From a virus (Duplodnaviria; Caudoviricetes): a DNA stretch of 52,263 nucleotides. The translations under genes were made by a program, and so were the position numbers. Positions 28,347 through 36,887 of this stretch are shown here, piece by piece. The notes below the pieces were generated by a model. The model was not told the DNA's origin. It worked only from the letters and a program-made list of their open reading frames with translations, and ran no database searches. The stretch covers positions 1 through 52,263 of IMG/VR virus record IMGVR_UViG_3300027712_000046; one strand, written 5' to 3'. Within the stretch, counting starts at the first letter, position 1. Every line of letters begins with the position of its first letter.

Positions 28347-29727
28347 TCTTGATTATTTTGAAAAAATATTGGTCCGTCAATCGCTGATTGACTCATCCTA
28401 TTTGACTGCTATTGCAGATTATGTTAAACCTGATTATTTCACAGACAAACGTATTGCGAAATATTTCGAAATCGTCCAAACATATTACGATAAGCATCAA
28501 TCATTGCCATCCTTAACCGAAGTCAAGGCATATTTGACTGATGACAATCTTCGAAACGGATTTAAAAATCTAGTGTCGTCATTCAAGGAATTGGACAGCA
28601 ATCTCAATAAGGATGAACTGTATTCAAATACTGAATCGTTTCTCAAGGAGAAGAGTGTTTATCACACTCTGTTGAAAGTTGCTCAAGAAGTGTCAGAAGG
28701 TAATATCGACACTCCTACCATCTTAGATCAATTCGAACGGTCATGTAACATCAACCTTGTTACTGATAAAGGTCTTGAAATCTTTTCGGGAATTGATCTG
28801 ATTGCGGATGATATTTTGAATGTTGATGCATACATTTCTTCTGGTTGGCCATGGCTTGACGATCTTATCAATGCTGGATTTAGACGCGATGGCAAGGCGT
28901 TGTATATTTTCGCAGGGCAATCAAATATTGGTAAGAGTATCTTCTTGGGTAATATCGCGGCGAATATTGCAAGACAAGGAAAAACTGTCTTGGTCATTTC
29001 TCTTGAAATGAGCGAACTGCTTTATGCAAAACGAATTTGTTCAAACATTACCAAAATTCCGATGAGGGAATTTGAAACTGCTGCTGAATCATTGCGATTC
29101 TCAGTCAAAGAAGAGCATAAGCGTTTGCCCGATAGCAAAATTTTCATCAAGGAGTTTCCACCGAGCACGATCACGCCTAAACAACTCACTTCATTCATCC
29201 AACGTTTCAAAGACTCAGGGGAGAACGTAGATGCCATTGTAATCGATTACGTCAATCTGTTGCACTCGACTGTAGGAAGCAACTCCTACGAGCGTGTGAA
29301 ATACATTTGTGAGCAAGTGAGGGCCATGAGCTATATTTTCAAATGTCCAATCATTTCAGCGACTCAGTTGAACCGTTCTGCATACAATACAAACAATCCC
29401 GGTATGGAAGGTTTGTCTGAGTGTATTGAAGTTAACCAATTGATTGAATTAAGAAGTGGTGAAATGATTAAGATCGGTGATTTGAAATTTGGTCAACAGA
29501 TAAAAACAAATGACGGTTATAAAACAGTTACACAAACCCATCATAAGAAAATTAAAAAGTGTTTTAGGATAAAATTGAAGTCTGGTAAAGAGATAATCGT
29601 AAGTGAAAAACATAAATTTCCAACAAACAGAGGCCGAATATCTATAAATGATGGATTGAATGTTGGTGATAAATTAAATAGTTTAACATCATCGGTTGCC
29701 GCTACTTTAACCACTGAAGTGGTCTGA
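28336..29727 (+). CDS. 41: Replicative helicase gp41, N-terminal part fused to the N-half of a split intein
   Basis: GQSNIGKS Walker A, SLEM, IKEFP, IDYVNL and SATQLNR motifs; helicase sequence stops at GLSE (aa 362) and is followed by intein sequence starting CIEVNQ. Confidence 0.93.
   Translation: MNLDLDYFEKILVRQSLIDSSYLTAIADYVKPDYFTDKRIAKYFEIVQTYYDKHQSLPSLTEVKAYLTDDNLRNGFKNLVSSFKELDSNLNKDELYSNTESFLKEKSVYHTLLKVAQEVSEGNIDTPTILDQFERSCNINLVTDKGLEIFSGIDLIADDILNVDAYISSGWPWLDDLINAGFRRDGKALYIFAGQSNIGKSIFLGNIAANIARQGKTVLVISLEMSELLYAKRICSNITKIPMREFETAAESLRFSVKEEHKRLPDSKIFIKEFPPSTITPKQLTSFIQRFKDSGENVDAIVIDYVNLLHSTVGSNSYERVKYICEQVRAMSYIFKCPIISATQLNRSAYNTNNPGMEGLSECIEVNQLIELRSGEMIKIGDLKFGQQIKTNDGYKTVTQTHHKKIKKCFRIKLKSGKEIIVSEKHKFPTNRGRISINDGLNVGDKLNSLTSSVAATLTTEVV
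29422..29724 (+). mobile_element. Split intein N-fragment (IntN, 101 aa)
   Basis: Cys1 block A (CIEVNQLI...G..KIGDL..GQQI); block B IIVSEKHKFPT; ends GLNVGDKL. Confidence 0.9.
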
Positions 29728-29731
29728 CAAC

Positions 29732-29759
29732 TTGACAAACACAGAAGATGCAATAGAAT
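29732..29759 (+). promoter_or_regulatory. Internal sigma70-type promoter for the IntC-gp41C gene
   Basis: TTGACA-N16-TAGAAT-N6-ATG filling the 38-bp gap between the two halves. Confidence 0.75.
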
Positions 29760-29765
29760 TTATTT

Positions 29766-30035
29766 ATGGATGCTAAACTTGAAAAATATATTAGAGAAAA
29801 AGTTAATGCTATGCGATTGCTTGGGCTAACTGATAGCAGAACCGAAACAGATGAATATATTAAAATGATGAAACTTGTTTTACAAGAACAAGATGATAAA
29901 AATATATTAACCGATTCAACTATCGATTATAATGATGAAATAGTTGAAATTGAAGAGATTGGCGACATGGAAACCGTCGATATCTCAGTCACAGGCGATC
30001 AGTTATTTTATTGCAACGGTATTTTAACTAAAAAT
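29766..30035 (+). mobile_element. Split intein C-fragment (IntC, 90 aa including a ~55-aa leader)
   Basis: Blocks F/G; terminal K-N then Ser+1 at 30036. Confidence 0.88.
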
Positions 30036-30266
30036 TCGATCGGATTGGCCGCGACTTCGGATGTTATTCTTTCCATCTTCCAAAATGAAGAAGATCAAGA
30101 GCTTAATTTGATTCGATTGGGTATGATGAAGAATCGATTTGGACCTAGAGGAGGTATTCAGCCTATGAATATCGATTACACCACATTGACAATCACACAA
30201 TCCAGTGAAGAAGAGGAATTTATGAACGAAGAAGAGATTTCTTTACTTGAAAAATTTGCAAAATAA
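29766..30266 (+). CDS. 41: Split intein C-half fused to the C-terminal part of gp41
   Basis: DEIVEIEEIGDMETVDISVTGDQLFYCNGILTKN followed by SIGLAATSD...MMKNRFG (helicase C-terminal motifs, including the Arg finger). Confidence 0.92.
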   Translation: MDAKLEKYIREKVNAMRLLGLTDSRTETDEYIKMMKLVLQEQDDKNILTDSTIDYNDEIVEIEEIGDMETVDISVTGDQLFYCNGILTKNSIGLAATSDVILSIFQNEEDQELNLIRLGMMKNRFGPRGGIQPMNIDYTTLTITQSSEEEEFMNEEEISLLEKFAK

Positions 30267-30279
30267 TGTAGTTATGTAA

Positions 30280-31131
30280 ATGAAAGTATTTTTATGGACG
30301 AACAACGATCTCGATGGAGTCGGTGCTGCTATTTTGCTCGGCAACATTTTCCAAAACTTTGAATATCAATCGATATTCTTTGGAGATTTTATGCAAAAGT
30401 TTCCAGATTGGTATGATGAAAATAGAAACAACTATGATAAAATCTTTGTGGTCGGCATTCCGTTAGAACAAAGTTTGATCAATAAGACCGATGATAAAAA
30501 ATTGATCTTCATTTCAGATAAGAAAGAAGAATTGACTACTGTTGAGTCCAAATTGATAAGTGAAGATTCAACATCCTGTTCCAAAATGCTTTATAAACTG
30601 TTCAAGTCTAAATTTGATTTTCCTGATGGTGTTAAAAAGTTCATCGCTTATATCAACGACTACAACAGTTACGAACTCAAAACAAAAGAAGCTAAAATTT
30701 TAAATGGATTGTTTAGAAAAAGTGGAAGTCGTAAGTTTTATAATTTTGTAAATCGTTTTTGGAGCGGTATTGGTGAATTCACAGAGTCTGAAATTCGATT
30801 GGCCGGATCGTTCTACAAAGAACTGAATGCTGAGATGGAAAACTTGGAATTGTTCTTTGGAAGCTACAAAGATTCAAAGGTTGTAGCAACCTTTTCAAAT
30901 TTCAGCGTCAATGAAATCGCTGCAACGATCATAGAACATTATGATTCCGACGTTGCGATTGTCGTCAATACATCCAGTCGATATGTTTCTTTTAGAAAGA
31001 AGAAAGGTTCAACAGCTGATATTAAATTTATGGCTGAAAATCTTTGTAATGGAGGAGGCAGCGATCAAGCTGCGGGTGGTAAACTCACTCAAAAGTTCCT
31101 TGAATTCACTCAAACCCTATCTGCTCAATAA
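30280..31131 (+). CDS. DHH/DHHA1-family protein with degenerate catalytic motifs
   Basis: NNDLDG (motif I), SDKKE where DHH is expected, INDYN, VSFR and GGGSDQAAG where GGGH..AAG is expected. Confidence 0.7.
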   Translation: MKVFLWTNNDLDGVGAAILLGNIFQNFEYQSIFFGDFMQKFPDWYDENRNNYDKIFVVGIPLEQSLINKTDDKKLIFISDKKEELTTVESKLISEDSTSCSKMLYKLFKSKFDFPDGVKKFIAYINDYNSYELKTKEAKILNGLFRKSGSRKFYNFVNRFWSGIGEFTESEIRLAGSFYKELNAEMENLELFFGSYKDSKVVATFSNFSVNEIAATIIEHYDSDVAIVVNTSSRYVSFRKKKGSTADIKFMAENLCNGGGSDQAAGGKLTQKFLEFTQTLSAQ

Positions 31132-31132
31132 T

Positions 31133-31429
31133 ATGCACCCATCCAACAACATCGAAGAAACAGAACAATCTCATTTATTCATGTGCTATTGCACTTTTGT
31201 AATGAATTTGCAAGGTAAGAAGATGTCAATTCAGAATGTTTTTGTTTACACATTGCAAAATGAAAAGATGAAAAATTTTCTTAAGAGTGTTTTATGTATT
31301 GACACCGATTTTGAGATTGTTAGAGTGTTTTTGGACTTCGATCCAAGCATCGCCAAGAGCAAGTATGTTACAAAATTTATTAATAAAACGACTAAATTGA
31401 TCAAAAATAAAAATGGAAACCATAAATGA
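31133..31429 (+). CDS. Hypothetical protein
   Basis: ATG 31133 immediately follows the DHH stop; coupled to the next gene. Confidence 0.6.
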   Translation: MHPSNNIEETEQSHLFMCYCTFVMNLQGKKMSIQNVFVYTLQNEKMKNFLKSVLCIDTDFEIVRVFLDFDPSIAKSKYVTKFINKTTKLIKNKNGNHK

Positions 31430-32073
31430 TATCCGAATTACAAAAATATATTTACAACATCCATCTAGCAGTTACAAGAAGGTCTCAAAATCTTCCATAC
31501 AAACTAAAGAAGGACTTTAGTAATATATCAGAAGATGTAGAAGTTGAATTGACCAAACTTGCTACATTTTTCGAGAAACACAAACATATTGATATCGAAG
31601 ATTTTTTCAAAGCCCCTTTCAAGATTCATAGCGACGAGACATACTTGGAATTGAATTTTTTCAATTCGCTTAAAGCTGTCAAGTGCTATTCCACTTACAT
31701 GAAACTTCTGGAAACAGAAGATCCAGATTCCAGCGAATCTTTGATACGACTTCAAAAGAGTTTGAAATTTGTGATGGACTTTTGCAAAGAGCATGGTATC
31801 TCTTTAGAAGAGTATGTGAGTTTCTTAAACGAAGGCGATACACTACCAGCATACATCAACCATTTGAAAATACACAACATCAACTTTTACACATTGCACA
31901 CGTTGACATTTCCAAAACCTGATGTAGAGTCGGACATATTAAATTTTATTTTCGGTGATTTTTGGAAGACATTCCAAACAACTCGAAATAAATACCAATG
32001 TTCAAAAAGGATGAAAATCTTTGGAGAACAAGCAAAAACTAAACTAACAACTAAACTAACTAAACTAAACTAA
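31426..32073 (+). CDS. 59: gp59-like helicase loader
   Basis: 215 aa, directly upstream of 32 as in T4; C-terminal pattern (LKFVMDFCKE...PAYINHLKIHNINFYTL) parallels gp59. Confidence 0.55.
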   Translation: MISELQKYIYNIHLAVTRRSQNLPYKLKKDFSNISEDVEVELTKLATFFEKHKHIDIEDFFKAPFKIHSDETYLELNFFNSLKAVKCYSTYMKLLETEDPDSSESLIRLQKSLKFVMDFCKEHGISLEEYVSFLNEGDTLPAYINHLKIHNINFYTLHTLTFPKPDVESDILNFIFGDFWKTFQTTRNKYQCSKRMKIFGEQAKTKLTTKLTKLN

Positions 32074-32084
32074 AAAATAAAACT
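32035..32084 (+). promoter_or_regulatory. G-free (AACTA)n tract before 32; putative translational operator
   Basis: Eight AACTA units, the last running into the A of the ATG, with no G between 32033 and 32086. Confidence 0.55.
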
Positions 32085-32972
32085 ATGAGCAAACCTAAAT
32101 TCAACGCAAGCATGTTTGAGAAGATTAAAGATGCACTCAACAAGTCATCAGAAGGAAACAAGAGCAATACATATGCAAATGTTATGAAGTTCCCAGCAGG
32201 GAAGACGTATACCCTCCGATTGATTCCAAATTTGGACAATCCCGGTGATAAAACCTTTTTCCATCACTATACACACGGATGGAAGAGTAAGACAACTGGA
32301 AGTTATACTTCAACTCTGTCCCTGCAAACCTTTGGTGAGCGTGACCCGATTACAGAAACGTTTTGGAAACTCATCAAAAGTGCTGATCCAACAGAAAAAG
32401 CTCTCGGAAAGGTGCTTAGTCGTAAAGAAAACTGGTTCGTGAACGTTTATGTGATTGATGATCCATCAACACCTGAAAATAACGGAACTGTTAAGATACT
32501 TCGAGTTGGACCACAAATCAAAAAGATCATCGATGATGCTCTTACTGGTGATGGGGCCGATGAATTCGGTATCCGTATTTTCGATCTTGGTCCAGAAGGG
32601 GCGAACCTTAAGATAAAGGCAGAAACCAGCGGAGACTATACTACGTTCGCGTCATCTGGCTTTTATAATAAGCCGACTCTGAATCTTAGCGATGATGAAA
32701 TCGAGAAAGTTTATGAAAGCGTTCACGATTTGGAACAAATCCATCCGGTTAAGACATTTGATGAACTTCAAGAAATTCTTGATATTCATTTTTATGGAAA
32801 GACCCAAGAAGCTGTTGCAAACAAGCCATCTGCAACTCCCGCGAACTCTAATGTTTTTGATGATGTGAATGATGATATCCCCTTTGATTTTGATAAGAAG
32901 TCAAATAAGAAGGAAATTGCAACATCAGATGATGAAATTGACAAATTGCTTGGCGAACTAAACGAAGACTAA
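32085..32972 (+). CDS. 32: Single-stranded DNA-binding protein gp32
   Basis: LRLIP, HYTHGW, DPI, NVYVIDDP..PENNGTVKI, FDL..EGANLKIK and an acidic tail (DDEIDKLLGEL). Confidence 0.92.
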   Translation: MSKPKFNASMFEKIKDALNKSSEGNKSNTYANVMKFPAGKTYTLRLIPNLDNPGDKTFFHHYTHGWKSKTTGSYTSTLSLQTFGERDPITETFWKLIKSADPTEKALGKVLSRKENWFVNVYVIDDPSTPENNGTVKILRVGPQIKKIIDDALTGDGADEFGIRIFDLGPEGANLKIKAETSGDYTTFASSGFYNKPTLNLSDDEIEKVYESVHDLEQIHPVKTFDELQEILDIHFYGKTQEAVANKPSATPANSNVFDDVNDDIPFDFDKKSNKKEIATSDDEIDKLLGELNED

Positions 32973-32975
32973 ATT

Positions 32976-33431
32976 ATGCTATCACCAGAAGACAAAAAAA
33001 TACTATTAGACTTTGCTGGACCGATATTTCAGGAAAGTAAAGAAATCGATGGAATGTATTATAATGATGCAAGACCAAAGGTTAATGGTTATGTTGATGG
33101 TGGAATAGCTGAAGGAATTAAGGATGCTCTTGAGAGAGGCTTACGCCAATCTCAGGGGCATCCCGCTTCTGCCCCCCAGCAGGATTATTCTTATCTTCAA
33201 CCACCTGCATTACCTGAACCACCTGCAATACAGCAGTATCAACCACATCATAGTGCGATGGCCCAGCCAGCGTATCCAAAAGATGATTCACAGTTGGAAT
33301 TCAATTTCAACATAACAGAACAGAAAAAAACAAATGAGTTGCTTGAAAAGCAAACCAGATTGTTAACTGAATTGAATTATACAATATCAAAATTGGTTGA
33401 TATCTTTGAAAAACTAAAAAACGATGAGTAA
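32976..33431 (+). CDS. Hypothetical protein with P/Q-rich linker and C-terminal coiled coil
   Basis: ORF packed between 32 and the clamp-like gene. Confidence 0.65.
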   Translation: MLSPEDKKILLDFAGPIFQESKEIDGMYYNDARPKVNGYVDGGIAEGIKDALERGLRQSQGHPASAPQQDYSYLQPPALPEPPAIQQYQPHHSAMAQPAYPKDDSQLEFNFNITEQKKTNELLEKQTRLLTELNYTISKLVDIFEKLKNDE

Positions 33432-34143
33432 ACTTACATTCAATAAATCTAACCTTTTATATTTGTTGGATTCATTGTCTAAGATCAACGACACTTGCAT
33501 TTTACACATTAAAGATGATGAAGCATATGCAGTTTCGATTAGCGAAGATGCAAGTTTTATTTTGTGGGGAAGTATTTCGGGGGAGTTCGGGATTGAAACT
33601 ACTTTGAATCTACCTTCTCTTAAAAAGCTTATCAATGCATTGAAAGTTTCAGGCGATGAAACTGATGTTACTTTGATCTTGAACAAGAACAATCTTGAAT
33701 ATAGAGGTGATAAAATCAAATTTAAGTATCATTTGTATGATGATGGTATTTTGACAAAACCTAAGACAAGTCTTGAGAAAATCCAAAGTCTTTCATACAA
33801 TATTGATGTTGATTTCACAAAATCATTTTTGAAAAATCTATTGAAAACGAGTTCGATGTTTTCAGATGTCAATAAACTATATATCAACACAATCAACGGT
33901 ATTGTAACTTGGGCATTACAAGACAAGACTTTGACAAATAGTGACACGTATTCATTCAGCGGAAACGCTGTAGATTTTGAATTGGATGATTTCATTCTCA
34001 ATTTGGACAATCTCAGAATGATTACGTTATCAGCGGAGGAAAATCTTCAATTAAAAATCAATACAACTTACGGAATTGGTAATTTAAGCTTGATTAATGG
34101 AGACGTTTCTCTTAATTATATATTATCAAGTCTGGTAAAGTAA
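33424..34143 (+). CDS. 45: Sliding clamp gp45-like protein
   Basis: 239 aa; LDSLSKIN N-terminus, two-domain alpha/beta pattern, FILNLDNLRMI and LNYIL ending typical of gp45-type clamps; replication context. Confidence 0.65.
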   Translation: MSKLTFNKSNLLYLLDSLSKINDTCILHIKDDEAYAVSISEDASFILWGSISGEFGIETTLNLPSLKKLINALKVSGDETDVTLILNKNNLEYRGDKIKFKYHLYDDGILTKPKTSLEKIQSLSYNIDVDFTKSFLKNLLKTSSMFSDVNKLYINTINGIVTWALQDKTLTNSDTYSFSGNAVDFELDDFILNLDNLRMITLSAEENLQLKINTTYGIGNLSLINGDVSLNYILSSLVK

Positions 34144-34158
34144 ACGACATTTTAAAAT

Positions 34159-34497
34159 ATGAATACTAATCAAAAAAATAAAATCACAACATGTGGGTAT
34201 TTCTTAAAGCGTCTAAGAGATAGCGGGTTTATAGCCATTCGTTTGTTTAAGGATTATGGCGACCATGATCCTCGTAAATGGACGATTATGGTAGACCCAG
34301 CAAACAGTAGCTTGTTAGTTACTTGCTATGAAAACAAAGAAAGTCAAGGAGAATACATGTTTGAGTTTAATGATGGAGGTAATCTCTTTCCGAAGAACTT
34401 TAATTTGAAAACAAGTTCAATGGAAGTCATCGTAACAGTTTTGATTGAGAGACACGTTTCTCAAAAATCACCTGACGATCAGTTTATTAAGAAATAA
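34159..34497 (+). CDS. Hypothetical protein
   Basis: 112-aa ORF closing the plus-strand run. Confidence 0.65.
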   Translation: MNTNQKNKITTCGYFLKRLRDSGFIAIRLFKDYGDHDPRKWTIMVDPANSSLLVTCYENKESQGEYMFEFNDGGNLFPKNFNLKTSSMEVIVTVLIERHVSQKSPDDQFIKK

Positions 34498-34559
34498 ATT
34501 ACCATAACATTATGAATGATTTCATCCTTGCTCAAATCTAATTCATTGGTTGGTATAAT

Positions 34560-36347
34560 TTATGAAATCTTTCCATATTTTTTGTAGAAGAATTGGGAGA
34601 ATGTTTTCGTTTCGTGCAAGTCCAACATACCCTGATCGGGGCTTTCTTTTCTATTTTTGAGTTGAATCAACGGTAATTTAATATCTTCTGGTATTCCGTA
34701 GCTATCTCTCCCGTTTTCCATATTTTTCATATATGGGAATACATACTTTTCCATGAATTTCTTGATTTGTTCAATATAGAAATCAAAATGGGTATCAAAA
34801 TCTTTGATTGCTTTTAATCCACGGATGTATTGTTTACCAGTCTTATCTTCCTTATATTTTGGTGCATATTGGAAATTTAAATCAACTCTATGGCGTATAT
34901 CAACTTCAAGTCCTCTCTGAACAAAGGGAGCAAGAAATTCCGCCAACAGTAAAAATGGGTGATCGCTTCTCTTATATTTTTTGCGAAGAAAATCAATGTC
35001 AACGATTTTGAAGTTTGATGAATAACCAAAAAAACGCTCGTCACCCATGGAAATATATCCCGTTTGATAGACATTCTTGGAATGGTCTTTTTTAAAATTT
35101 TCTAAAGGTAAGTTGCTTATAGAAACCTTGGTGGTGAAATCTCCGAAGCCGGATTTTATATATCCAGCATCCAACATTTTTTCTTTAAATGTTTCGTCAA
35201 ATTCAGCAGGATCAAATTTATTCTCCGCATATTCCAATTCGTTTACAAAGGACTTCAACTTATCCGTGGCTGATTCGTTACGATAATTATCATCCCTATA
35301 TTGCATGTCAAGATCAATATAATCCATATCATCGGAAAAAGGTTGCCCATAATCCCAATTACTAGGATATATATCAAATTTACCAAGAACATCCAGAACC
35401 ACGCTCATGAATTTCTTGTCTCCTAGATAATCTTCATAGGGAGTTAAATCATAGGGAATACTACCACTTGCTTCCGGTTGATAGTATTGCAATTCTTCGG
35501 AATATGGTTCCGATATGTCAAACATTTTCAGAGAGGAATTTGCGCTTGATATAATATCATCAAGCCTTTCCCAGAAAATAGCGGATATCTTGCCATCAAA
35601 TCCTTCTCCAACCTTGTCAGAGTAGAACGACAAAGCGGAATTTGAATTATCGTTGGCTATCACATAATCCGTTATCTCTTCCGTTTCCATCAATGATTTC
35701 TCATTGTAGTTTAAATCGGTGGGGCTATCTCTAACATCATTACACTGGTTGGAATTTAGATGAAGAAGTGTCTTGGGTTGTCCATCTTTAGTAAAGAAAT
35801 AATATGGCGCACCATACTCGTTGAAATATTGAGGGTCTTTCACACACCATTCCGTTTCTCGGAAATATTTAGCACCCGCCTCTTCAGTAGTTACAATGTA
35901 AAGGCTTATACCTGATCCTTCGTTGCCAGTTGAGGAATCAATGAATTGAATACCTTGTTCCTTGGCAATACGTTTCAGTTCCCCTTTGGTCTTCACACCC
36001 AAAAATTCATCAAGGGTTTCCGCCAAATCTCCGTAGGTTTTGTAGGAATTGATATCCCGCTTGTCCTTTGGGAATTGGGGTTTCTTTTTAAGTTCTTCCA
36101 ATTGTGCTAGACGATCCTTTACCTTTTGACCATCTTCTTCTCCTGCTAGAACACCCTTCTTGAGCATTCTAAGAATCCATGTGATATAGGAAGCATTCTT
36201 CGACGGATCGAATGTCTCTGCGGCCCACCGGATATAAGTTTCCTTGTCTTCCACGCTGTCATCCACCATCTTCAAAAGATTTGGTATTTTTTCCTCAATC
36301 CCTTCAATTAGAAGGGATTCGTAAATTTCTTGCAGTTCCCATAACAT
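34560..36347 (-). CDS. Large late protein with DIN.YKT and T.WC motifs, putative internal virion protein
   Basis: TAAATA-N7-ATG at 36347; leader LQEIYESLLIEG; KRDINSYKTYGDL and ETEWCVK..YFNEY motifs. Confidence 0.65.
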   Translation of the reverse strand: MLWELQEIYESLLIEGIEEKIPNLLKMVDDSVEDKETYIRWAAETFDPSKNASYITWILRMLKKGVLAGEEDGQKVKDRLAQLEELKKKPQFPKDKRDINSYKTYGDLAETLDEFLGVKTKGELKRIAKEQGIQFIDSSTGNEGSGISLYIVTTEEAGAKYFRETEWCVKDPQYFNEYGAPYYFFTKDGQPKTLLHLNSNQCNDVRDSPTDLNYNEKSLMETEEITDYVIANDNSNSALSFYSDKVGEGFDGKISAIFWERLDDIISSANSSLKMFDISEPYSEELQYYQPEASGSIPYDLTPYEDYLGDKKFMSVVLDVLGKFDIYPSNWDYGQPFSDDMDYIDLDMQYRDDNYRNESATDKLKSFVNELEYAENKFDPAEFDETFKEKMLDAGYIKSGFGDFTTKVSISNLPLENFKKDHSKNVYQTGYISMGDERFFGYSSNFKIVDIDFLRKKYKRSDHPFLLLAEFLAPFVQRGLEVDIRHRVDLNFQYAPKYKEDKTGKQYIRGLKAIKDFDTHFDFYIEQIKKFMEKYVFPYMKNMENGRDSYGIPEDIKLPLIQLKNRKESPDQGMLDLHETKTFSQFFYKKYGKIS

Positions 36348-36587
36348 ATTCATATATTTAGCGTAATTGAAGATTTTTCATCTATATAATAAGTATGGCG
36401 GGTATCGGCAGTTTAACAACATCATCTTCAAATAAACATTATAAAGTTAGAGATGGAAAAGGCTCTATTTTTGATAGGAATATACAATCATATTTGAAAA
36501 ATCGTAGAAATTTTATTCGACAACTCCTGATAATAAGTTTATTAAGAAATAAAATTGATTATCAGGCATGCTATCTTAAATATTTAT

Positions 36588-36887
36588 ATGGACGACGAGC
36601 CACCGGGAGATGATTACATCGATGATGAGGTTAAGAAAATTTTAATCGATTCATTCAAGGTAAAAATTAGAGACAACCGATCAAAACCATCAAAAATTAA
36701 GATCAACCAAGCTATAATTGCATCTCTTAGTGAGTTTCTGGTATGTTTTAAGTTAATCGGTTATGATATTGATGGAAATCCCGTTAATATGACAATTACA
36801 AACACTAAAATGGATAAATCAGCATTGGATAATGCATTTGTTGAAGAGATTACTACTTTTATGTCAGATAAATTGATAGATCAATGA
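36588..36887 (+). CDS. Hypothetical late protein
   Basis: TAAATA-N5-ATG at 36588. Confidence 0.65.
   Translation: MDDEPPGDDYIDDEVKKILIDSFKVKIRDNRSKPSKIKINQAIIASLSEFLVCFKLIGYDIDGNPVNMTITNTKMDKSALDNAFVEEITTFMSDKLIDQ

Noticed and set aside
29725-29766. Stop-codon readthrough, recoding or frameshift joining the two gp41 ORFs
   Set aside because: The halves are in different frames; reading through TGA gives non-intein sequence and another stop; the gap is a well-formed promoter; other core genes are intact in the standard code.
36395-36613. 72-aa ORF MAGIGSL...
   Set aside because: No recognisable motif or canonical promoter spacing, and it overlaps the next gene's late promoter; may be a remnant but cannot be supported.
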